Shown: piece after piece, positions 17,901 to 27,478 of the stretch
Layout: each line of letters starts with the position of its first letter
Numbering within the stretch: position 1 is the first letter of the stretch
Assembly (NCBI GenBank): GCA_020025595.1
Contig: JAHHRV010000007.1
Span: forward strand, 44,311 to 108,310
DNA from: Oscillospiraceae bacterium
GTDB taxonomy: Bacteria > Bacillota > Clostridia > Oscillospirales > Oscillospiraceae
Direction: 5' to 3'
DNA length: 64,000 nt
Translations under genes and position numbers: made by a program
Notes under the pieces: generated by a model
Seen by the model: only the letters and a program-made list of their open reading frames with translations
The model's database searches: none
What the model was told of the DNA's origin: nothing

Positions 17901-19224
17901 CTTTCATCAGGACCGCACCGATTTCGATGATGGTATCATCTCTAGAGGAAAGGCCTGTTGTTTCCAGGTCAAACGCTACAAATTCATCGGTAAATGCTGC
18001 ATTTCTGTCTCCGTGGACCACAATACGATCATCCACATCGTTCACATAATATCCCTCTACGCCGTAGAGAATCTTGATATTCTGATCGGTGCCGGCAACC
18101 TTCGCCTTTGCCGCCGCCTTCATGGCATCGGGGAAAGACTGTGCGACACCGTGGTCGGTAATGGCAATGGCACGGTGGCCCCATGCTGCTGCCTGTTTTA
18201 CCGCAGCGGCAGTGGAGGTCAGCGCATCCATGTTACTCATGGTGGTATGCAGATGCAGCTCCACACGCTTCATGCCCTCCGCCGTATCCTGGCGCTTGGG
18301 CATGGAGCCGGGCATCATGGAATTGGGCTTCAAAACCATTTCGTTGTCAAACTGATTGATCATCAGCTTACCCTGGATTTTCAGGACACTGCCCACGCTG
18401 ACATTTTCCAGCACAGGCTTTGCCTCGTTGGCCTCCATGAATTTGTTGATTCGGATGGAGTTGGTGTTGTCCGTCATGTCAAAGTTAATGACCCAGGCGT
18501 TACGCTTTTTCAGTTCCTTATGTTCTACATTAAAGACTCTGCCTTCCACAATGACAATACCCATATCCAGCTTGATGTCCTTCATGGGCACAGCAGTTCC
18601 CTTGAAGGGTCTGCCGTAGAAGGTATCGCCCTGCTGGGCAGATGTAGCGGAAGCAGAAGCCTTTTTCTCTGCAAACACTGGCTGAGGCTGACTTGCCACC
18701 ACTTCCGAACGCATCTTCTCCATGGCGTCAAACAGCTCCTGCCCCTGCAGATCCTTACCTGCGACGATTTCAATTTCGACTGTCTCGTCGCACATGGCCT
18801 GCAGTCTGCTGCGGATTGCAGGAATACATTCTTCCAAAAGTTTTTTGCCGTTTGCCTTTAATTTCACGCTCAGCTTATTGCCGGACCATTCCCACGCAGC
18901 CCCCGCCAAAGAGCCGCGGCACATGGGGTTCTGCTCCACGAACAGATTGGTCAGTTCCTCAGGCTCAATTTTGGGCAGCTCCGATCCCGGGAAGAATCGA
19001 TACACCACCAGTTCGTTCAGGCCGTAGCACAGCTTGATCTCCTGGCAGATATTGCGCATCACCCGTTCCGGAATATAGTTTGGGGACTCCAGTTCCAGCG
19101 CTATCGTACGCTTATGCGCATCGATCTGCGCATCACGAACGGCCGCCTGAGCCAGAAGCTGGGCTTCTGACTCCGGCGGCTGATACAGGGCAAACATATT
19201 CAAAAAGAGTACATGATCCTTCAT
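14920..19224 (-). CDS. polC: DNA polymerase III PolC-type
   Basis: The protein is 1434 aa. It has the exonuclease motif FVAFDLETTGL, a PHP domain and a polymerase core, which is the typical Gram-positive PolC architecture. Confidence 0.97.
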   Translation of the reverse strand: MKDHVLFLNMFALYQPPESEAQLLAQAAVRDAQIDAHKRTIALELESPNYIPERVMRNICQEIKLCYGLNELVVYRFFPGSELPKIEPEELTNLFVEQNPMCRGSLAGAAWEWSGNKLSVKLKANGKKLLEECIPAIRSRLQAMCDETVEIEIVAGKDLQGQELFDAMEKMRSEVVASQPQPVFAEKKASASATSAQQGDTFYGRPFKGTAVPMKDIKLDMGIVIVEGRVFNVEHKELKKRNAWVINFDMTDNTNSIRINKFMEANEAKPVLENVSVGSVLKIQGKLMINQFDNEMVLKPNSMMPGSMPKRQDTAEGMKRVELHLHTTMSNMDALTSTAAAVKQAAAWGHRAIAITDHGVAQSFPDAMKAAAKAKVAGTDQNIKILYGVEGYYVNDVDDRIVVHGDRNAAFTDEFVAFDLETTGLSSRDDTIIEIGAVLMKEGKEIDRFQTFVDPGRKLERKIIDLTGITDEMLVGAPKIEEILPKFLEFVGDRPLIAHNADFDVGFIREAAKKQNLPFAPTSVDTLILSQNLLPQLNKFKLNIVADALSLPEFNHHRAADDAVTCGLIFARLVDRLEEMEIKDLAGINPAMPKLRSKNRIDNRHARHIILFAKNQVGLRNLYHLISDSNLKYFKRVPRIPKSELMELREGIIIGSACEAGELYQAIMDHKSEDELLRIASFYDFLEIQPLANNMFMLAKGLVKDVEEIREFNRTVIRLGDKLGKPVVATGDVHFLNPEDEIFRHILLATKGFDDCDRSNPLYFRTTDDMLREFSYLGAEKAYEVVVKNTNFIADQCETLRPVPHNLFAPKIENSVEDLKALVYEKFHRLYGDNPPELMVKRVETELHDIISCHYDVIYMSAQKLVQNSLEHGYLVGSRGSVGSSIVAYMSGITEVNSFPPHYRCPNPECKYTTFDVPKGYGCGADLPDAICPKCGTKFEKDGFNIPFETFLGFGGDKVPDIDLNFSGEYQSRAHAYCVELFGKSHVFRAGTIGTVAEKTAFGYVKKYLSERDRKESRAEENRLASGCVGVRRTTGQHPGGLVVIPQENEIWDFCPVQHPADDPKADQITTHFEYHSMEENLLKLDMLGHDDPTMIRMMEDMTGVDAKTIPLDDKDTMSIFTSSKVLGYENDKILGPTGAVAIPEFNTRFTRGMLMDTMPTRFDTLLRLSGFSHGTDVWLGNAKDLITSKTASVDEAIGCRDDIMIYLISCGMPEKRSFKIMEAVRKGRGLPEGAEEEMIAAGVPDWYIGSCKKIKYLFPKAHAVAYVMMAFRIAWFKVHHPLAFYAAYFYRRSQKGGFDAAMMTGGIDSVVANINAIDGNEDATDKDEDLLTTLEVVYEFNLRGFEFLPISLYESHATKFLIKDGKILPPFVSISGLGENAAWDLMHGREGKTFISIEEVSAACPKVSKTHIQMLKDVGAFGDMPDTSQVSLF

Positions 19225-19233
19225 AAGTAATCC

Positions 19234-20280
19234 TTAGAATTTTTCGATTCGCTTTAACAATGCATCCAACAGTTCATCGTAGGGAAGCTTCTCTACCTGC
19301 TCACCCTTCTCAAAAATCATACCCCAGCCATCGCCGCCGGCAATGCCGATATCGGCTTCTCTTGCTTCACCGGGACCATTGACCACGCAGCCCATCACAG
19401 CGACCGTAATGGGTTTTTCGCAGTCTCTCAGGGCCTGCTCCACACGGTTGACCAGGCCGATCAGATCGATTCTGGTTCTGCCGCAGGTAGGACAGGAAAT
19501 GATATTCACGCCTTCCTTGCGAAGTCCGGCAGCCTTCAGAATGTCCTTTGCTGCGTAAACTTCATTCACAGGATCGGCAGTCAGGCTGACACGGATGGTG
19601 TCACCGATACCGTCCATCAGAAGCGCACCGATGCCCATAGCGGACTTCATCAGTCCGACACGCTCGGGGCCGGTTTCCGTCACGCCGATATGCAGCGGGT
19701 AATCGCACTTACTGCGGAACAGTCGGCAAGCCTCCACCATGGTCGGAACGGTAGAGGATTTCATGGACACGCAGGTGTCGTAGAAGCCGAATTTCTCCAG
19801 CAGCTCCAAGTGAGAAAATGCGCTTTCCACCAGAGCTTCTGCCGTAGGATGGCCATATTTTTCCAGCAGTCCCTTTTCCAGAGAACCGCCGTTGACGCCA
19901 ATACGAATGGGAATTTTCCGATCCTTACATACATCCACAACGGCCTTTACACGGTCTTCACCGCCGATGTTGCCGGGGTTGATGCGGATCTTGCTGGCAC
20001 CGCCTTCAGCAGCAGCAATTGCCAGCTTATAGTCAAAGTGGATATCTGCCACCAGAGGCACCGGGCTTTCGCTGCAGATTTCTGCAAAGCTTCTGGCGCT
20101 TTCCATATTGGGAACCGCCAGACGCACAATCTGACAGCCAGCTGCATGAAGCTTGTTGATCTGCTCCAGGCATCCCTGAACATCCGTTGTCTTGGTATTC
20201 AGCATGGACTGAATCGCCACAGGTGCGCCGCCGCCAATGGGGACATTGCCCACCATAATCTGTCTCGTCATTTTGTTCAT
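19234..20280 (-). CDS. ispG: 4-hydroxy-3-methylbut-2-en-1-yl diphosphate synthase
   Basis: It matches the GcpE family over its full length: VGNVPIGGGAPVAIQSM and CPTCGRT...GCVVNGPGE. Confidence 0.95.
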   Translation of the reverse strand: MNKMTRQIMVGNVPIGGGAPVAIQSMLNTKTTDVQGCLEQINKLHAAGCQIVRLAVPNMESARSFAEICSESPVPLVADIHFDYKLAIAAAEGGASKIRINPGNIGGEDRVKAVVDVCKDRKIPIRIGVNGGSLEKGLLEKYGHPTAEALVESAFSHLELLEKFGFYDTCVSMKSSTVPTMVEACRLFRSKCDYPLHIGVTETGPERVGLMKSAMGIGALLMDGIGDTIRVSLTADPVNEVYAAKDILKAAGLRKEGVNIISCPTCGRTRIDLIGLVNRVEQALRDCEKPITVAVMGCVVNGPGEAREADIGIAGGDGWGMIFEKGEQVEKLPYDELLDALLKRIEKF

Positions 20281-21353
20281 CCCCTAAAAATATTGAAAAT
20301 ATCCTTAAATGTGATCAAAGCCATGAATCCAAGCAGAACGATCATGCCCACGCCATGCAGGTAAGCTTCGTACTTGGGATTCAGTTTCTTGTGGGTGATT
20401 GCTTCCACAACGGTGGTCAGAATCACGCAAACCGCTCTGCCGCCGTCAAGTGCCGGAATGGGAAGCAGGTTCATGACTGCCAGGTTTACCGCAATGAATC
20501 CGGTGAAATACAGGATATTGCGCAGCGCAGCCGAAGTGCTTGCAGAGCTTTCCGCAGTCTCGGAGATGGTCTGCACGATCATCACCGGGCCGCCCACATC
20601 CTTCAGACCCGCCTGACCGGAAATCAGCATCTGCAGGCTGATTCTGACCATACGCACGGTATCGATCGTGTTGTCCCAGGCATATTTCATGCTGGAAACA
20701 AAGGTTCTGGGCTGGGTGGAGAGCTTCATGCCGAAGAGCTTCTGGACACCGTTTTCCGTCTGAACATCCACCTGCTCCATGGCAAAATCATCCAGAAGGA
20801 CCTTCTGTCCGTCACGGATCACCACAACATCATGGACGCCGGGCTTCTCTGACAGGTTCATGCCCAGCAGGAAAGAAATGTTGGACGAAGTATAGACCCG
20901 CTCGCCGTCGATGGAGTAAAATTCATCCCCCACCTGCAGGCCGTCGGCTCCCTCAATGGTGTTTCCCTGATAGAATCCGGAAATCACCGGCTCGGGCAGG
21001 ACATCCACCCCGGAAGACACACCGAACAGGAAGTAGAAAATCAGAAAACCGCACAGGAAATTCATGGCTGCTCCGGCAACCAAAATAATCAGCTTTTTCC
21101 ACCATGCCGCCTTTCCAAAAGAACGGGGATTATCCGAATCATCGTCTTCACCCTCCATGGCGCAGTATCCGCCGAAGGGGATGCACCGGATGGAATACAA
21201 AGTCTCACCCTTTTGCTTCTGGAAAATTGCCGGACCCATGAATACAGAGAATTCATTTACCTGAACACCGGACAGCTTCGCCGTCACAAAATGTCCCAGT
21301 TCATGGATCACGATCAGCAGACTGAACATTAAAATTGCCAGAAAAATATACAT
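20277..21353 (-). CDS. rseP: RIP (site-2) metalloprotease RseP/YluC family
   Basis: It has the HELGH motif at the N-terminus, a PDZ-like centre, a C-terminal LNLLPIPALDGG motif and multiple TM segments. Confidence 0.93.
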   Translation of the reverse strand: MYIFLAILMFSLLIVIHELGHFVTAKLSGVQVNEFSVFMGPAIFQKQKGETLYSIRCIPFGGYCAMEGEDDDSDNPRSFGKAAWWKKLIILVAGAAMNFLCGFLIFYFLFGVSSGVDVLPEPVISGFYQGNTIEGADGLQVGDEFYSIDGERVYTSSNISFLLGMNLSEKPGVHDVVVIRDGQKVLLDDFAMEQVDVQTENGVQKLFGMKLSTQPRTFVSSMKYAWDNTIDTVRMVRISLQMLISGQAGLKDVGGPVMIVQTISETAESSASTSAALRNILYFTGFIAVNLAVMNLLPIPALDGGRAVCVILTTVVEAITHKKLNPKYEAYLHGVGMIVLLGFMALITFKDIFNIFRG

Positions 21354-21377
21354 GAGCTTTCCTCGCTTTAATAGAAT

Positions 21378-22526
21378 TTACTTTACATTGCTCCGTACAT
21401 AGGCACGGGCTGCAGCGTCAGCATCCAGGATCTGCTCCAGAGTGGGATTCTGGACGAAGGGCACTGCCTCCATCGCACCGGAAACCAGATCATAAATATC
21501 ATAGAATCCGATTCGGTCGTTCAGGAACATTGCAACTGCCTCTTCATTGGCACCGTTCATAACGGGACACGCTGTTCCGCCCTGCTTTGCTGCGTTCATT
21601 GCAAGCTGCAGGCACGGGAAAGCCTGAAGATCCGGATGACAGAAGGTCAGAGGCACTGCAGTCAGATCCAGCGGATCCACCGGGCATACTGTACGCTGAG
21701 GATATGTCAGCGCCAGCTGAATCGGCAGACGCATATCCGGGGAGCCCATCTGTGCCATTACAGCGCCGTCCACAAATTCCACCATGGAATGAACGATGCT
21801 CTGGCGATGGATCAGCACCTGAATCTGCTCCAGAGGAACATCGTACAGGCGCATGGCCTCGATGACTTCCAGGCCTTTGTTCATCAGCGTTGCGCAATCG
21901 ATGGTGATTTTGGCACCCATTTTCCAATTGGGGTGCTTGAGGGCATCCGCTTTGGTAACAGACTTCAGTTCTTCCTTTGTCTTTCCGAAGAACGGGCCGC
22001 CGGAGCAGGTCAGAATGATTTTCTTGACCTCACGCTTGTCGTTGCTGCCCATCAGGCACTGGAAAATTGCCGAATGTTCTGAATCCACAGGGACGATTTC
22101 TGTATTGTACTTTTTGGCCTCTGCCATTACCAGTTCACCGGCACATACCAGTGTTTCCTTATTTGCAAGGCCAATACGCTTTCCTGCCCGGATTGCTGCC
22201 AGTGTGGGCTTCAATCCCAGCATTCCAACCACCGCCGTAATCACGCAGTCAGCGCTCGGCAGAGTAGCTGCTTCAACCAGGCCCGCCTCGCCGTAGCTGA
22301 TGCGGATGGGCAGATCGTAAACCTGCGCCGCCACTTGGTCTGCAGCCTCTTTTGTTGCCATAACCGCAAGTTCCGGGATAAACTGTCGGCACTGCTCTAC
22401 CATGCGGTCCACACTGGTACCTGCAGTCAGAGCCACGACCTGAACCCCTTCCATCCGGGAAATGACATCCAGACTCTGACGGCCGATAGAACCGGTAGAG
22501 CCCAGAATACTAATTCTTTTCATCAT
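21378..22526 (-). CDS. dxr: 1-deoxy-D-xylulose 5-phosphate reductoisomerase
   Basis: It has the ILGSTGSIG NADPH motif, and the length is typical of Dxr. Confidence 0.95.
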   Translation of the reverse strand: MMKRISILGSTGSIGRQSLDVISRMEGVQVVALTAGTSVDRMVEQCRQFIPELAVMATKEAADQVAAQVYDLPIRISYGEAGLVEAATLPSADCVITAVVGMLGLKPTLAAIRAGKRIGLANKETLVCAGELVMAEAKKYNTEIVPVDSEHSAIFQCLMGSNDKREVKKIILTCSGGPFFGKTKEELKSVTKADALKHPNWKMGAKITIDCATLMNKGLEVIEAMRLYDVPLEQIQVLIHRQSIVHSMVEFVDGAVMAQMGSPDMRLPIQLALTYPQRTVCPVDPLDLTAVPLTFCHPDLQAFPCLQLAMNAAKQGGTACPVMNGANEEAVAMFLNDRIGFYDIYDLVSGAMEAVPFVQNPTLEQILDADAAARAYVRSNVK

Positions 22527-22527
22527 A

Positions 22528-23343
22528 TTATTTCACCGCCAAAGGAATCAGCAGGACCAGCACTTCTGCCAGGGGTCCCACCACCATCATAGAATCAAAT
22601 CTGTCCAAAATTCCGCCGTGTCCGGGAATCAGATTGCCGTAGTCCTTGATGCCGGTCTGACGCTTGATCACAGAGAAGCTCAGATCGCCAAACACGGAAC
22701 CCACCGCAGATGCCAGGCCGTAAATCACGGCATACAGATAGTTTACCCTCATATCAAAGCACATGCTCAGAATGAAGGCATACAGCAGCATACCCATAAT
22801 GGCGCTGACTGCACCGCCGACAACACCCTCGACGGTTTTCTTGGGGCTGATCACAGGTGCCAGCTTGTGTTTGCCAAACTTCACGCCTGCAAAATATGCG
22901 CCCGTATCCGGAAGAAATGCCATCAGGAACGGAATCAGAATGTAAAAACGGCCCAAAGCCAGAACATGGATTCTCACCAGACTGGTCAGCAGATAAGGAA
23001 CCAGCAGCGCTGCAACCAGACACATGGAAACCTTATCAAAGCTCAGCTTGATGTGTGATGCCATCATCTCACCGAAAAATGCTGCAAAGGTGCCAACCAC
23101 CAGCAGCGTACCAAATGCCTGATTCTGTCCGGTAAAGCTCCAGATGGACATCAGAAATGCCGATACTGCGCTATACACAATCAATCTGCGCTCTTTCACA
23201 AGACCGGTAGCAAACAGCAGCTCATAAGCGGCCAGCGCACCGGCTGCGCCGAATAAAATAGCCGTAAACACCTTGGGCAAGGCCAGTACAACAAGCAGGA
23301 GCAGCGGAAGCAAGACCACTGCCGCAATCACACGGGTTTTCAT
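22528..23343 (-). CDS. cdsA: Phosphatidate cytidylyltransferase
   Basis: It is a polytopic membrane protein with the CTP_transf_1 signature SxxKRxxGxKDxGxLIPGHGGxLDRxD. Confidence 0.92.
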   Translation of the reverse strand: MKTRVIAAVVLLPLLLLVVLALPKVFTAILFGAAGALAAYELLFATGLVKERRLIVYSAVSAFLMSIWSFTGQNQAFGTLLVVGTFAAFFGEMMASHIKLSFDKVSMCLVAALLVPYLLTSLVRIHVLALGRFYILIPFLMAFLPDTGAYFAGVKFGKHKLAPVISPKKTVEGVVGGAVSAIMGMLLYAFILSMCFDMRVNYLYAVIYGLASAVGSVFGDLSFSVIKRQTGIKDYGNLIPGHGGILDRFDSMMVVGPLAEVLVLLIPLAVK

Positions 23344-23346
23344 TTA

Positions 23347-24090
23347 TTACGCTCCTCCAAACCGACGATTCCGCCGATGATATTCTGCAATAGCCGCATC
23401 CAGATCTTTTTCCTTGAAATCAGGCCACAGTACATTCATGAACACGAACTCGGAATACGCGCTCTGCCACAGCAGGAAATTGCTGGTGCGCATTTCGCCG
23501 GAGGGACGGATGATCAGCTCCGGATCCGGTACTCCCGCAGAATAGAGGTAGTCGCCGAACCGTTCCTCATCCAGATCATCTGCAGAGCATTCCCCTGCCG
23601 CAACTTTGGCTGCAAAGGCTTTGGCTGCCCGGACGATCTCGTCACGGCCGCCGTAATTCAGGCAGAAGTTCACCTGCACTTCGTGATACTGAGAAGAAAC
23701 AGTCTCCGCCTTGGCGCAAAGCTCCTGCAGTTCCGGGCTCAGCCGGGACAGGTCGCCAAAGAACTTAAACCGGACATGGTTTTTCTCCATATCCCGCAGT
23801 GCTTCCACCAGATAATTCTTGAGCAGCTTCATAATGCCGGAAATTTCTTCTTCCGAACGCTTCCAGTTCTCGGTAGAGAAGGCGTAGACTGTCAGATATT
23901 CTACCCCCAGCGTACGGCAGTAGTTCGCAATTCTGCGGAAGGTCTCTGCACCTGCAGCGTGTCCGGCTGTTCTGGGCAAACCACGGTTTTTCGCCCACCG
24001 GCCATTTCCATCCATGATGATAGCGATATGCTTGGGTGCAGGCAAACTCTCGTTTTCAGTTTCTGTTTTCTTTTTGTTAAATAACGCCAT
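23347..24090 (-). CDS. uppS: Isoprenyl transferase (undecaprenyl diphosphate synthase)
   Basis: The motifs are HIAIIMDGNGRWA and ELIIRPSGEMRTSNFLLWQSAYSE. The start is set at the ATG at 24090, which has AGGTGA upstream. Confidence 0.95.
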   Translation of the reverse strand: MALFNKKKTETENESLPAPKHIAIIMDGNGRWAKNRGLPRTAGHAAGAETFRRIANYCRTLGVEYLTVYAFSTENWKRSEEEISGIMKLLKNYLVEALRDMEKNHVRFKFFGDLSRLSPELQELCAKAETVSSQYHEVQVNFCLNYGGRDEIVRAAKAFAAKVAAGECSADDLDEERFGDYLYSAGVPDPELIIRPSGEMRTSNFLLWQSAYSEFVFMNVLWPDFKEKDLDAAIAEYHRRNRRFGGA

Positions 24091-24146
24091 ATTTTCACCT
24101 ATAATCATACAAGGGGCGCAAAAGCTGCGCCCCTTGTGGCATGCAA

Positions 24147-24701
24147 TCAGATTGCCATCAGTTCCTTTTCCTTAGCTGCCAGGGCTTCGTCCACCTTCTT
24201 GATGTACTTATCCAGCATATCCTGAAGATCCTTTTCAGCCTTCTTCTGCTCGTCCTCGGTGATTTCGGACTTCTTCTTCAGGCCCTTTACAAAGTCCATA
24301 CCTTCACGACGGACATTGCGCATTGCAACCTTGCCGTCTTCAGCGTACTTCTTAACCTGCTTAGCCAGCTCCTTACGGCGCTCCTCGGTCAGCTGAGGGA
24401 ACACCAGACGAATCACACGACCATCGTTCTGGGGGTTGATACCCAGGTCGGACATCTGAATGGCCTTCTGGATGTCCTTGAGCACCTTTGCATCCCAGGG
24501 AGTGATAACCAGGGTGCGTGCATCAGGGGAAGAAATAGAAGCAACGCCGTTCAGAGGAGTCTCTGAACCATAGTATTCAACCGTGATGCGATCCAGAACC
24601 TTTGCATTTGCACGGCCTGCACGAACTGCGCCAAAGTTCTCCTGGAGAACTTCCAGGGTCTTTTCCATTTTTCTCTGATATTCCTTAAAATCTACGCTCA
24701 T
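24147..24701 (-). CDS. frr: Ribosome recycling factor
   Basis: It is 184 aa and typical of RRF: VRAGRANAKVLDRITVEYYG.... Confidence 0.96.
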   Translation of the reverse strand: MSVDFKEYQRKMEKTLEVLQENFGAVRAGRANAKVLDRITVEYYGSETPLNGVASISSPDARTLVITPWDAKVLKDIQKAIQMSDLGINPQNDGRVIRLVFPQLTEERRKELAKQVKKYAEDGKVAMRNVRREGMDFVKGLKKKSEITEDEQKKAEKDLQDMLDKYIKKVDEALAAKEKELMAI

Positions 24702-24704
24702 AAA

Positions 24705-25442
24705 TTAGTCCTCCTTAACAATGGTGCCAATCTGCTCGCCGCAGATCACACGGATAATATTTCTGGGGTCCTTTAGGGCAAAACAGGCCAGGGTCATATG
24801 ATTGTCCATAGCCAGGGTCATTGCGGTTGTATCTGTAGCCTTGAGATGACGGGCAAGAACCTCGTCGTAGGTCAGGGTATCAAACTTCACTGCCGTGGGA
24901 TCCACATTGGGATCAGCAGAGTAGATACCATCCACATTCTTCGCCATCAAAACGCAGTCGGCCTCAATTTCTACACCGCGCAGAACTGCGCCGGTATCCG
25001 TGGAGAAATAGGGGTTGCCGGTACCGCAGGAGAAGAACACGACCTTACCCTCGTTCAGGTAACGGTCTGCCACATCTCTTGTAAAATATTCACAGAATTT
25101 GGGCATTTCCACAGCAGACAAAACTCTTGTCTCAACGCCCTTCTTTTCCAGTGCATCTGCAACTGCCAGGCAGTTCATGACGGTTGCCAGCATACCCATA
25201 GAGTCTGCATGGCTGCGCTGCATCTTGTCTGCGCCGTCCTTGACACCGCGCCAGAAATTGCCGCCGCCGATCACGACACCAACCTGAACACCCAGATCCA
25301 CACACTCTTTTATTGCGTCGCACACCTGTCCGATAACCTCAAAATCCAGGCCACGGTGTGCATCGCCAGCCAGCGCCTCACCGCTGACCTTCAAAAGCAC
25401 TCGCTTGAATTGTACCTCAGGCAAGTTTACCACTCCTTTCAT
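24705..25442 (-). CDS. pyrH: UMP kinase
   Basis: The motifs are KRVLLKVSGEAL and GGGNFWRG. The start is set at the ATG at 25442, which has AGGGGA upstream. Confidence 0.95.
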   Translation of the reverse strand: MKGVVNLPEVQFKRVLLKVSGEALAGDAHRGLDFEVIGQVCDAIKECVDLGVQVGVVIGGGNFWRGVKDGADKMQRSHADSMGMLATVMNCLAVADALEKKGVETRVLSAVEMPKFCEYFTRDVADRYLNEGKVVFFSCGTGNPYFSTDTGAVLRGVEIEADCVLMAKNVDGIYSADPNVDPTAVKFDTLTYDEVLARHLKATDTTAMTLAMDNHMTLACFALKDPRNIIRVICGEQIGTIVKED

Positions 25443-25572
25443 ATCATCCCCTATTTTAATATAAGTCAGCCCAATTGACAACATATATTTCTTTTTTTTG
25501 CAAATTCTTTTTTATATGTTCACAATTCTATGGTCCTGAAAGGGAAAAAATCCCGCAGTATCGCTTTTTCTG

Positions 25573-25601
25573 TTGCAAAGCAGACTGGAATGGTTTATAA
25601 T
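25573..25601 (+). promoter_or_regulatory. Sigma-A promoter of glnS
   Basis: TTGCAA (25573-78), a 17-nt spacer and TATAAT (25596-601). Confidence 0.7.
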
Positions 25602-25646
25602 GTGTCCATTATGGAAAATCTCGCAATAAGAGAGGAAGGTAACAAA

Positions 25647-27326
25647 ATGGCTGAAATTAACGAAAGCAAAAATTTCATCCACGCTTTTATTGAAGAAGAC
25701 ATCGCTGAGGGCGGTCGCTACGCAGGTATGACCGTTCACACCCGTTTTCCGCCCGAGCCCAACGGCTATCTGCACATCGGACACTGCAAGGCACTGACCA
25801 TCGACTTCGGCACTGCCGAAAAGTTTGGCGGTGTGTGCAATCTGCGTATGGACGACACCAATCCCACCAAAGAAGATGTGGAATTCGTGGAAGCCATTCA
25901 GGAAGATATTCACTGGCTGGGTTTTGACTGGGATGACCGTTTCTTCTACGGCTCTGATTATTTTGAAAAAGACTATGAATTTGCCGTTGAGCTGATTCAG
26001 AAGGGTCTTGCATATGTCTGCCAGCTGACTCCCGAGGAGTTCAAGGCAAACCGCGGTGATGTGGATCATCCCGCAGTTTCTCCCTACCGTGACCGTCCCA
26101 TCGAAGAGAGCCTGGATCTGTTCCGCAGAATGAGAGAGGGCGAATTCGAGGACAACACCATGACCCTGAGAGCCAAGATTGATCTGGCTTCCGGCAACTT
26201 CAATATGCGCGACCCGGTTATCTACCGAATCCGTCATATGCATCACCATCGTCAGGGCGACAAGTGGTGCATCTACCCCATGTACGACTTTGCTCACCCC
26301 ATTCAGGACGCTCTGGAAGGTATTACCCACTCCCTGTGTTCTCTGGAATTTGAGAACCACCGTCCCCTGTACAACTGGGTCGTGGAGCACGTCAGCGTTC
26401 CCCATCATCCCCGTCAGATCGAGTTTGCCCGTCTGGGCATCGATCACACCGTCCTGTCCAAGCGCAAGCTGAGACAGCTGGTGGAAGAGGGTCATGTTTC
26501 CGGCTGGGACGATCCCAGAATGCCCACTCTGTGCGGCCTGCGCCGCCGTGGCTACACTCCCAAGTCCATCCGTAACTTCTGCGACCGTGTTGGTGTCGCC
26601 AAGTCCCCCAACACCATCGAGTACGGTTTCCTGGAGCACTGCCTGCGTGAGGATCTGAACGAAACTGCTACCCGTGTGATGGCAGTTATTAAGCCCATCA
26701 AGCTCACCATTACCAACTATCCCGAGGGCCAGAGCGAGACCTTCCAGGTTGAAAACAACCCCGTGGATGAGACCGCCGGCACCAGAGAAGTTACCTTCTC
26801 CCGGAACCTGTGGATTGAAGCAGACGACTTCATGGAGACTCCCATTCCCAAGTACAAGCGTCTGACTCCCAATGGCCTTGAGTGCCGCCTGAAGGGTGCA
26901 TACCTGATCACCTGCACCGGCTGCGTCAAGGACGAAAACGGCAATGTTGTGGAAGTTCTGGCTACCTACGATCCCGAGTCTCAGGGCGGCAATCCCGCCG
27001 ACGGCCGCAAGGTCAAGGGCGCTACCATCCATTGGGTGGATGCTGACAACTGCTGCGAGGCAGAGGTTCGTCAGTACTCCAACCTCTTTGATGATCCCGA
27101 TCCCGATGCCGCAGGCAAGGATTTCATTGCCTGCCTGAATCCCAACTCTCTGGAAGTTCTGACCGGCTGTAAGGTGGAAAAGAGCCTGGAAAATGCAAAG
27201 GCTCCCGCTTCCTATCAGTTCATGCGTCTGGGCTACTTCTGCCCCGACAGCAAGGATTCTTCCGCTGAGCACCTGGTGTTCAACCGTTCCGTCAGCCTGA
27301 AGGACAGCTACAAGCCCAACAAGTAA
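25647..27326 (+). CDS. glnS: Glutamine--tRNA ligase
   Basis: It has the class I HIGH motif (PEPNGYLHIGH) and a KMSKS-like VLSKRK. The start at 25647 has the RBS agaggaagg. The track's N-terminal extension from 25530 is rejected. Confidence 0.93.
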   Translation: MAEINESKNFIHAFIEEDIAEGGRYAGMTVHTRFPPEPNGYLHIGHCKALTIDFGTAEKFGGVCNLRMDDTNPTKEDVEFVEAIQEDIHWLGFDWDDRFFYGSDYFEKDYEFAVELIQKGLAYVCQLTPEEFKANRGDVDHPAVSPYRDRPIEESLDLFRRMREGEFEDNTMTLRAKIDLASGNFNMRDPVIYRIRHMHHHRQGDKWCIYPMYDFAHPIQDALEGITHSLCSLEFENHRPLYNWVVEHVSVPHHPRQIEFARLGIDHTVLSKRKLRQLVEEGHVSGWDDPRMPTLCGLRRRGYTPKSIRNFCDRVGVAKSPNTIEYGFLEHCLREDLNETATRVMAVIKPIKLTITNYPEGQSETFQVENNPVDETAGTREVTFSRNLWIEADDFMETPIPKYKRLTPNGLECRLKGAYLITCTGCVKDENGNVVEVLATYDPESQGGNPADGRKVKGATIHWVDADNCCEAEVRQYSNLFDDPDPDAAGKDFIACLNPNSLEVLTGCKVEKSLENAKAPASYQFMRLGYFCPDSKDSSAEHLVFNRSVSLKDSYKPNK

Positions 27327-27355
27327 TCCCGGCGGTTCTGCGTTCATAAAATCAT

Positions 27356-27391
27356 ATGGAGCGTATCGGTATTCGATACGCTCCATTTTTC
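27356..27391 (+). terminator. Intrinsic terminator after glnS
   Basis: A 13-bp perfect stem pairs atggagcgtatcg with cgatacgctccat, and tttt follows. Confidence 0.9.
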
Positions 27392-27478
27392 TGCATTTGT
27401 CTGATTTTTCCTTTCGTGGACTTTGTGGAATTTCTGTGTTATAGTCCATATATAACAAGAAAATGAGCGTGACATTCT

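Noticed and set aside
14989-18861. A 1290-aa ORF antisense to polC
   Set aside because: The sense strand encodes an unmistakable PolC. The antisense translation has no recognisable motifs and shows the composition expected of a reverse-frame read.
19234-25484. Absence of rpsB-tsf upstream of pyrH and of proS between ispG and polC as a rearrangement signal
   Set aside because: The order of this cluster varies among Firmicutes. Without a reference genome this is not evidence of anything unusual.
25485-25646. A T-box or other riboswitch upstream of glnS
   Set aside because: The consensus promoter at 25573-25601 leaves only about 40 nt of 5' UTR. There is no T-box sequence or terminator hairpin.
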